A stretch of DNA of 32,000 bases from assembly GCF_001462395.1 (NCBI RefSeq), contig NZ_LNTB01000001.1:1350001-1382000 (forward strand). Direction: 5' to 3'. Under the pieces are notes generated by a model. The model saw only the letters and a list, made by a program, of their open reading frames with translations, had not been told where the DNA came from and ran no database searches. Positions 15,926 to 22,302 of this stretch are shown here, piece after piece (position 1 is the stretch's first letter; each line of letters opens with the position of its first letter). Source of the DNA: Pyrodictium occultum. GTDB lineage: Archaea > Thermoproteota > Thermoprotei_A > Sulfolobales > Pyrodictiaceae. The translations under genes and the position numbers were made by a program.

Positions 15926-16789
15926 CTAGCGCTTCTCCCCCCTGCCCTCCAGCAGCTTTAGGAGGCGCTGGTGCTCGCCGCTCTTCATGCCCCAGTACAT
16001 GCCCTCGCCCGGGAATGCTCCGCTCCTCACCTCGCGGGCGTAGGCCTCGACCGCGCCGCGTATCACCGAGGCCACGTCGGCGTAGCGCTTGGCGAAGGGC
16101 GGCGGGCTGGGGGTTAGGCCGAGCATGTCGTGGATGACCAGCACCTGGCCGTCGCAGTGGGGGCCGCTGCCTATGCATATCGTGGGCACGCTTATCCTCC
16201 TTGTTATCTCCCTCGCCACCTCCCAGGCGGTGAACTCCACCACTACCGCGAAGGCCCCCGCCTCGGCGGCCTCCTCGGCGTCGCGTATGACCTCTAGGGC
16301 CTCCTCCGCCGTCTTCCCCACCAGCCTGTAGCCGCCTAGCAGCTTGTGCTTCTGGGGCGTGAGCCCCACGTGCGCCATCACCGGTATCCCGGCGCGGCGC
16401 ATAGCCTTTATCACGTCCGTGTACTCGCTCCCGCCCTCTATCTTCACCGCGTCTGCTCCCGCCGAGAGGAGGCGGCCGGCGTTCCTAACCGCCTCGGCCA
16501 CCGAGGCCTCGTAGCTCATGAACGGCATGTCTCCGACCACTAGTGCCCGTGGCTGGGCCCGGGCAACCGCCTCGGTGTGGCGCACCATGTCCTCCATGGT
16601 GACCTGGAGGGTTGAGGGGAGCCCCAGGACTACCATGCCGAGCGAGTCGCCCACCAGGATCATGTCGACCCCCGCCTCGTCCACCAGCCGGGCTGTCGGC
16701 GTGTCGTAGGCTGTGACCATTACCAGCTTCTCCCCCCTCTGCTTAGCCCTAATCACGTGGCGCACGGTGACCTTCTCCCGGCCAGCCAT
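15926..16789 (-). CDS. panB: 3-methyl-2-oxobutanoate hydroxymethyltransferase (ketopantoate hydroxymethyltransferase)
   Basis: Start placed at ATG 16789 (MAGREKVTVRH). Family strings are LVMVTAYDTPTARLVDEAGVDMILVGDSLGMVVLG, VVGDMPFMSY and GADAVKIEGG. It overlaps the panE 3' end by 37 nt. Confidence 0.9.
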   Translation of the reverse strand: MAGREKVTVRHVIRAKQRGEKLVMVTAYDTPTARLVDEAGVDMILVGDSLGMVVLGLPSTLQVTMEDMVRHTEAVARAQPRALVVGDMPFMSYEASVAEAVRNAGRLLSAGADAVKIEGGSEYTDVIKAMRRAGIPVMAHVGLTPQKHKLLGGYRLVGKTAEEALEVIRDAEEAAEAGAFAVVVEFTAWEVAREITRRISVPTICIGSGPHCDGQVLVIHDMLGLTPSPPPFAKRYADVASVIRGAVEAYAREVRSGAFPGEGMYWGMKSGEHQRLLKLLEGRGEKR

Positions 16790-17700
16790 GGCTCGAGCAG
16801 CCTCACAGCGTGGTGGACCGCCCGGTTCGCAGGGGCGGGCACCCCGTGGCTCTCGCCGAGCCTCCATACAGCGCCGTTGATATAGTCTATCTCGGTCCGC
16901 CTCCCCGCGGCCACGTCCTCCAGCATCGAGGAGCAGTTGTCCCCAGTCGCCTCCGCCACCCGGAGCGCAGCCTCCACGGGGTCGCTGGCCGGCTCGACCC
17001 CCGCGGCCCTGGCCACCCTCCCAACCTCCCGGGCGAGGGCCTCGGCCAGGCCGCGGGCCCAGGGGTTCTCCACCACCACCCTGTTCCTATCCCAGGCCAG
17101 CACCGTTACAGGGTTCACGGCCGCGTTCACCGCCAGCTTCTCCCACCTGTAGGGCTCCACGTCGCCCACGTACTCGGCCTCGAGCCCGCCGCTGGAGAGG
17201 AGCTCCGCCAGCCTCCTGGCCAGGGGGCTGCAGGCGCCCCCCGCCCTGGCCCGGCAGCCGACCGCAACCCTGCGGCTGGAGCCGGCGAGCCTCGCGCCGC
17301 AGCCCCCGGGGAGCCTGGTGGCGCCGTAGTAGGCTAGCGCCGCGGCGGCCCTCCCCGGGCCGTAGGCCTGCTCGAGCAGCTCGAGGCTGCCGAGCCCGTT
17401 CTGCATCGAGACCGCCAGCTCGGGGGACCAGCCCGCCCTTAGGGATGCCTCAACCGCCCCATCCAGGTCGTAGGCCTTGGTCGCGTAGACCACCACCCTG
17501 GGCCGGAGCCGGCGGGCCCCCTGCCAGCCGCAGACGGGGAGACGGGCCGCCCCCAGGCCGCGGGCCTCCAGGGCCTCCTCCCTGCAGCCCCCGGGCCTCC
17601 TGGACACCGCGGCCACGCGGGCCCCGGCCCTGGCGAGCGCGACCGCGGCCACGCTCCCGACGGCGCCGCAGCCGCCCACCACGGCCACCAGGGGCTCCAA
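16753..17700 (-). CDS. panE: 2-dehydropantoate 2-reductase (ketopantoate reductase)
   Basis: The Rossmann N-terminus is VAVVGGCGAVGSVAAVALARAG. The C-terminal block SSMLEDVAAGRRTEIDYINGAV is typical of PanE/ApbA. The TTG start lies 3 nt after the thioesterase stop. Confidence 0.85.
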   Translation of the reverse strand: MEPLVAVVGGCGAVGSVAAVALARAGARVAAVSRRPGGCREEALEARGLGAARLPVCGWQGARRLRPRVVVYATKAYDLDGAVEASLRAGWSPELAVSMQNGLGSLELLEQAYGPGRAAAALAYYGATRLPGGCGARLAGSSRRVAVGCRARAGGACSPLARRLAELLSSGGLEAEYVGDVEPYRWEKLAVNAAVNPVTVLAWDRNRVVVENPWARGLAEALAREVGRVARAAGVEPASDPVEAALRVAEATGDNCSSMLEDVAAGRRTEIDYINGAVWRLGESHGVPAPANRAVHHAVRLLEPWLAGRRSPCAT

Positions 17701-17703
17701 GGC

Positions 17704-18699
17704 TCAGCCACCGGCGAGCCTACGGGCCTGCTCCACTATCCTCCCTACCCCCCTCCTCCTATCCTCGCGCAGCCTCCTCCTCTCCAGGTACTCTCTCATC
17801 CTCTCCCCGCTCAGCAGGGGGCGGCGGGGGAGGGGCCTGGGCCTCCCCTCCTCGTCTACAGCCACCATGGTCGCGTAGAGGAGGGCCACCGTCCTCTCCG
17901 TCTCCTCGAGCTGGGGGTTCTTGGCCGCGACTCGTACCGCTACCTCGAGGCTGCTCCTCCCCGCCCCGGTTATCCCGGACTCCAGCTTCACCAGGTCCCC
18001 CACCCTCGCGGGGGAGGCGAACACGGCTGCGTCGAAGCCCGCCGTCACCATCGGGGCGCCGGTGAACTCTATGGCGGGCACGGCCGCCATCTGGTCTATA
18101 TAGTAGAAGAGCCTTGATGCGTCGAGCACGCCGGGGAGGGTGAACGTGTCCTCGGGGGAGACGAAGAAGTAGCTCGTCCTCCTGTACACCGCGTCGAGGG
18201 GGGCGCTGCTGGAGGCTATCTCCCTCCTCCTCTCCACGAGGGGCCTCCGGGCCTCGAGCCAGTAGCGGTGCGTCTCCGCCAGCTCCTCCGCCTCGAGGCT
18301 GCAGGGCCCCGCCTCGACCCCGTGGGGCCTGGGCCTCCCCTCCCCGTCGACAGCCACGTGGGTCTGGAGGCTGACGCTCACCGGCCGGGCCCCGCCGCCC
18401 CCTATCGGGTGGGCCTCCGCGTAGACCAGCACGTCGAGCGTGTGGGTCGTGGAGCCTATCACCCACGCGTAGACGTGGAGGTTCTCCCCGAGCCTCCCAG
18501 GGCTGAGCATGAAGAGGTAGTCCATCGCGCCGAGCACCGTGTAGCCCCTGGAGGCCCTCATAGCAGCCATGCCGCCGGCCTCGAGCATCCAGCCGGCGAG
18601 CCTGCCCCCGTGGAGCGTGCCGTAGCGGTTAGTGTGCCTGGGGTATATGGGGCGGAGCACGGTGACAAGGCTCTCCTCGGTACAGAGCCTCCGGGCCAC
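17704..18699 (-). CDS. Acyl-CoA thioesterase with two tandem hotdog (4HBT) domains (COG1607-like)
   Basis: The first repeat is RPIYPRHTNRYGTLHGGRLAGWMLEAGGMAAMRAS...VLGAMDYLFMLSPGRLGENLHVYAWV. The second repeat is a degenerate copy, ...VTAGFDAAVFASPARVGDLVKLESGI. GTG start. Confidence 0.7.
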   Translation of the reverse strand: MARRLCTEESLVTVLRPIYPRHTNRYGTLHGGRLAGWMLEAGGMAAMRASRGYTVLGAMDYLFMLSPGRLGENLHVYAWVIGSTTHTLDVLVYAEAHPIGGGGARPVSVSLQTHVAVDGEGRPRPHGVEAGPCSLEAEELAETHRYWLEARRPLVERRREIASSSAPLDAVYRRTSYFFVSPEDTFTLPGVLDASRLFYYIDQMAAVPAIEFTGAPMVTAGFDAAVFASPARVGDLVKLESGITGAGRSSLEVAVRVAAKNPQLEETERTVALLYATMVAVDEEGRPRPLPRRPLLSGERMREYLERRRLREDRRRGVGRIVEQARRLAGG

Positions 18700-18722
18700 G
18701 GCCCTGCTGGCCTCCAGGCCCC

Positions 18723-18734
18723 GGGGGGGGGGGG
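18723..18734. repeat. G12 homopolymer (C12 on the coding strand of the operon)
   Basis: Twelve consecutive G in the 52-nt spacer between the pantoate kinase stop (18752) and the thioesterase GTG (18699). Confidence 0.95.
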
Positions 18735-18751
18735 CCAGGGGCCGCGGGCTA

Positions 18752-19684
18752 TTAGTGCCAGGCCTCCGCGCCCGGCTCCCCGGGGCAGGGCTCCAGGGTC
18801 AGGGGGCCGGGGGCGGGCCGGTGGAGCCTCGCAGCCAGCCCGTGGCCCGCCGCTAGGCTCTCGATGGCCCTCCAGGCCTCCCGCTCGCGGCCAGGCCTCG
18901 GCACGGCCACCGCCACCTTCTTCTTAGCGTACCAACCCAGGAGGAGCCCCCTCTCCCTCAGCGCGTCCAGCTCCTCCGCCAGCCAGCCGGGGGCGAAGCC
19001 CGCCTCGATGCTGAAGCCGCGGGCCTCCTCCAGGAAGCGCTCGAGCCCGGGGCTCCTGGCCAGCCTGGCCAGCCTTGGCGCGGCGAGCACATGGAGCCTC
19101 TCCCCGAGCCCCCGGTGCATCTCATCCGTGGTCATCCTGCCCAGCTCCAGGCTGTAGACACTCGCCACCGGCACCGGGTAGCTGGCCAGCCTGGCGAGCC
19201 CGGGGGCTCCGGGGGCGAGCCTGACCTCCAGGCCGCGGCCGAGGAACATGGCGGCCACGTCCCCCAGCCCGGTGCCGGCGGCCACCTCGGCCTCGTGTGC
19301 GAGCGCCGCCGCCTCCTCCAGGCTCATGCCCCTCACAGCCGCCTCCCCAGCAGCCACCGCCAGGGCCAGGGCAGCCGAGCCCGCGTAGCCCACGGCGAGG
19401 GGGACGGGGATCTCTACCAGGACGCGGGCCCGGGGGCCGCCGAGGAGCCTGTAGAGCTCCCTCAGAACGCTGGGCTGCTCCTCGAGCCTCGCGCCAGCCG
19501 CCACCACTAGGGCGCCGCAGCCCCCGCCGCTGCAGCTGGCGACCCGCGCCACCGCCCCGGGCTCCAGGAGGAGGCCCGCGCCCAGGCTTCCCGTCTCCCT
19601 CCGGGAGGGCCGCCAGACCGGGAGCCAGAGCCCGGTTACATGGAGCGGGACCCGGACACGGTAGAGGCAGCCGCTGCCCGCCAC
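18752..19684 (-). CDS. Pantoate kinase (archaeal GHMP-family PoK, COG1829)
   Basis: Blocks VPLHVTGLWLPV, GSLGAG, GYAGSAALALAVA and AHEAEVAAGTGLGDVAAMFLGRGLEVRLAPGAPG match my recollection of Thermococcus kodakarensis PoK. I prefer GTG 19684 (GGAGG 4 nt upstream) over the track ATG 19726. Confidence 0.8.
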   Translation of the reverse strand: MAGSGCLYRVRVPLHVTGLWLPVWRPSRRETGSLGAGLLLEPGAVARVASCSGGGCGALVVAAGARLEEQPSVLRELYRLLGGPRARVLVEIPVPLAVGYAGSAALALAVAAGEAAVRGMSLEEAAALAHEAEVAAGTGLGDVAAMFLGRGLEVRLAPGAPGLARLASYPVPVASVYSLELGRMTTDEMHRGLGERLHVLAAPRLARLARSPGLERFLEEARGFSIEAGFAPGWLAEELDALRERGLLLGWYAKKKVAVAVPRPGREREAWRAIESLAAGHGLAARLHRPAPGPLTLEPCPGEPGAEAWH

Positions 19685-19726
19685 TGGTCCTCCCCGCAGC
19701 CCCTGGGGGCCACCGCCTGGCGCCAT

Positions 19727-19736
19727 CTAATTCAAA
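19727..19736. promoter_or_regulatory. Single AT-rich box between the divergent pantoate kinase and coaBC genes
   Basis: CTAATTCAAA is the only AT-rich element between GTG 19684 (minus) and GTG 19763 (plus). It lies about 32 nt from the coaBC GTG, which is compatible with a leaderless transcript. Confidence 0.35.
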
Positions 19737-19762
19737 CCCGGGGGGCCGGGGAACAGCGGCGG

Positions 19763-21061
19763 GTGGCGCTGCAGGCCTTGACCCGCGGCCTGGAGCCCTG
19801 GCTCTGGGGCGCCCGCCACCCCAGCGCCGGGATCATAGGGGAGCTGGGCGGCGACCTCGAGGGCCGCTGCATCGCCCTCGGGGTCACGGGGAGCGCGGCT
19901 GTATACAGGAGCATCGACCTCGCGAGGCTGCTTATGCGCTACGGCGCCGTGGTCCGCGTAGCCATGACGAGGGCGGCCGCCGAGCTGGTCTCCCCAAGCC
20001 TCTTCGAGTGGGCCACCGGGCTCCCCGCGGTCACGGAGATAACCGGGGCGATAGAGCACGTGGCGCTCGCCCGTCTCTGCGACGCCGTGCTGGTGGCGCC
20101 GGCGAGCCTGGACACGCTCTCCGAGATAGCCAGCCTCCGCGCCTCGACCCCCGTCTCAGCCCTGGCCCAGGAGGCGGCGGGGCTGGGGAAGCCCGTGCTC
20201 CTCGTCCCCGCGATGCACATGGGCATGTGGAGGAGGGCCGGGAGGCTGGTCGAGGAGCTGGAGAGGCAGGGCTTCCACGTGCTCCACCCCCTGGTTGAGG
20301 GGGAGCAGGCGAAGTACCCTCCGGTGGAGCTCACCGCCTGGTGGGCCGAGGCCGTGGTGACCAGGGGCAGGGACCTCCAGGGCGTCCACGTCCTCGTCAC
20401 CGCCGGGCCCACCCGGGAGCACCTGGACCCGGTGAGGGTTGTCACCAACCCCTCCACCGGGAAGATGGGCGTCTCCCTGGCGCTGGAGGCGGCGTGGCGG
20501 GGCGCGAGGGTGAGGCTCGTCCACGGCCCGCTCTGCGCCGGGCTCCCCCGAGGCTGGACAGGCTACCTTGATGAGGCCGTGAGGGTTGAGACCAGCGAGG
20601 AGATGATGGCCACGGTGCTCAGGGCTGTGAGGAGGGTTGACGCCGCCCTCTACGCCGCCGCGGTAGCGGACTACCGGCCCGCCAGGAGCAGCGGGGAGAA
20701 GATACCGAGCACTGGGGGCAGGCTGAGCGTGGAGCTGGAGCCGACCCCGAAGATAGTGGAGGAGGCGGTGGCCGAGGCCCCTAGGGCAGTGCACGTGGGC
20801 TTCGCCGCGGAGACCGCGAGGGATGATAGGGAGCTGGAGGAGAAGGCCAGGGAGAAGCTGGAGCGCTACAAGCTCGACGCCGTGGCGGCCAATAACGTGC
20901 TCGAGCCCGGCGCCGGCTTCGGCTACGACACCAACCGGCTGCTCGTGGTGACCTGGAGGGGCGAGAGGATAGAGATCCCCAGGATGCACAAGAGGCTGGC
21001 CGCCCGCCGGCTCCTCGACACCGTCGGCAGGCTGCTGCGGGAGGGGCATAGGCCGCGCTAG
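19763..21061 (+). CDS. coaBC: Bifunctional phosphopantothenoylcysteine decarboxylase / phosphopantothenate-cysteine ligase
   Basis: The flavoprotein N-domain is CIALGVTGSAAVYRSIDLARLLMRYGAVVRVAMT. The CoaB domain is VLVTAGPTREHLDPVRVVTNPSTGKMG...AAVADYRP. The track ATG 19640 overlaps the PoK gene. The only in-frame starts after it are GTG 19763 and TTG 19775. Confidence 0.85.
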   Translation: MALQALTRGLEPWLWGARHPSAGIIGELGGDLEGRCIALGVTGSAAVYRSIDLARLLMRYGAVVRVAMTRAAAELVSPSLFEWATGLPAVTEITGAIEHVALARLCDAVLVAPASLDTLSEIASLRASTPVSALAQEAAGLGKPVLLVPAMHMGMWRRAGRLVEELERQGFHVLHPLVEGEQAKYPPVELTAWWAEAVVTRGRDLQGVHVLVTAGPTREHLDPVRVVTNPSTGKMGVSLALEAAWRGARVRLVHGPLCAGLPRGWTGYLDEAVRVETSEEMMATVLRAVRRVDAALYAAAVADYRPARSSGEKIPSTGGRLSVELEPTPKIVEEAVAEAPRAVHVGFAAETARDDRELEEKAREKLERYKLDAVAANNVLEPGAGFGYDTNRLLVVTWRGERIEIPRMHKRLAARRLLDTVGRLLREGHRPR

Positions 21062-21067
21062 GGTTTA

Positions 21068-22126
21068 TCACGAGGAGCCCCCACTCTCTGCGGCCATGGA
21101 GGCCGCGCCGGCGACGCCGGGGCCCGCTCCCCGGGCCTGGGGTGAGCCGGCGGGTCCCACCCCGAGGCCTCCACCCCCTGCAGCGGCCTCGCGCCTCTCC
21201 TGGACACCCACGTGTATCACCAGGTCGCAGCCCCTGGCCTCCATCTCCTGGCGGAGCTCGTCGGCAAGTATATCGGCCACGTCCAGCGGCATCCCCCTCT
21301 CGGGGACCACTATCAGGTCGCCGCTGCACCGCGCCTCGTCGAGCATACGGAGCCTAAGCCGGAGAGGCTCCAGGCCGCGGAGCCGGGCCTCCCTCTCGAC
21401 GAGCTCGTACAGCCTTCTAGGCGCGGCCGTGTCGGAGAATACGCGGAGCAGCCTCCGGTGGGTCTCGACCGCCTCGTAGAGGAGGTAGGCGAGCACCAGG
21501 GCTCCACCGGCGAGGTCGTAGAGGTAGCCGAGGCTCGAGCCGAGCCAGCTGCTGGCGGCGGTAACAACGCTCTCAACCAGCTCGCTGGCCGTGAACCCGG
21601 CGTAGACGCGGAGCACCGGGTCAAGCCCCCGGGCGGCGAGCACAGCGGCGGCGTAGAAGCCCCCGCCCACCAGGGCGGCTAGGCTGCTCTCCCCACCCAC
21701 CCGGTAGCCCCCCGTGCTCGCGGCCAGCACAGCGGCGGAGAAGCCGGCGGCGAACATGTAGGCCGAGAGGCTCGCCAGCGCGCCCCCGTAGCGGAGCCGG
21801 TGGTGTCCATAGGGGTGGTCCTCGTCTGGAGGAGCGCTGGCGATGCTCAGGTACCAGACCACCGCCGCCAGGGAGACGAGGCTGGCTACACAGGTTAGGG
21901 CATCAACTAGGAGAGCCCTGCTACCGTAGGCCAGCGAGCCGTAGATCTTGACAGCCGCGCCGGCGAGGCTGAGCAGCACCACCGCCGGGAGACCCCTGGC
22001 CCGCACAGCCCCTTCCCCCAGGAGCTCCGTCGCCCAGGCGGGGCTCGACGGGAGGCTCTGATAAGGCCCTCGGGCATCCCCTCCTCCCCCCTCCCCGCCG
22101 CCTCCAGTCCCTCTCCACGTAACCAC
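21068..22126 (-). CDS. Cation diffusion facilitator (CDF) family transporter
   Basis: Family strings are AAVKIYGSLAYGSRALLVDAL and DEDHPYGHHRLRYGGALASL, plus a C-terminal cytoplasmic domain. The Gly-rich N-terminal ~40 aa and the start at GTG 22126 are uncertain. A low-complexity Gly/Ala C-terminal tail is present. Confidence 0.75.
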   Translation of the reverse strand: MVTWRGTGGGGEGGGGDARGPYQSLPSSPAWATELLGEGAVRARGLPAVVLLSLAGAAVKIYGSLAYGSRALLVDALTCVASLVSLAAVVWYLSIASAPPDEDHPYGHHRLRYGGALASLSAYMFAAGFSAAVLAASTGGYRVGGESSLAALVGGGFYAAAVLAARGLDPVLRVYAGFTASELVESVVTAASSWLGSSLGYLYDLAGGALVLAYLLYEAVETHRRLLRVFSDTAAPRRLYELVEREARLRGLEPLRLRLRMLDEARCSGDLIVVPERGMPLDVADILADELRQEMEARGCDLVIHVGVQERREAAAGGGGLGVGPAGSPQARGAGPGVAGAASMAAESGGSS

Positions 22127-22244
22127 CTTCCTCCAGGACCCTACGGCGCTGAGGGCAGGCCCGTAGGAGAGGCAGGAGTGGATAAGGTGTGGGCTAGGCC
22201 ATGGAGCTGGTGGAGGAGAGCATGGGGACGTCTGGGAGGCCAGT

Positions 22245-22296
22245 GGAAAGAAGGATTAGGGTGGGGTGCGCTGCCTGGGAGAGTGCCGAGAGGCAG
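22245..22296 (-). terminator. Hairpin plus pyrimidine tract downstream of the surface-protein gene
   Basis: A 6-bp stem pairs CTGCCT (22271..22276) with AGGCAG (22291..22296) just after the stop. It is followed on the minus strand by CCTTCTTTCC (22245..22254). Confidence 0.25.
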
Positions 22297-22302
22297 GCCG
22301 CC

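Noticed and set aside
15516-16178. A 220-aa minus-strand ORF spanning the panB 3' end and the downstream spacer.
   Set aside because: It is out of frame with panB over the overlap. It encodes Arg/Gly/Pro-rich sequence and has no motifs, so it is a shadow ORF in GC-rich DNA.
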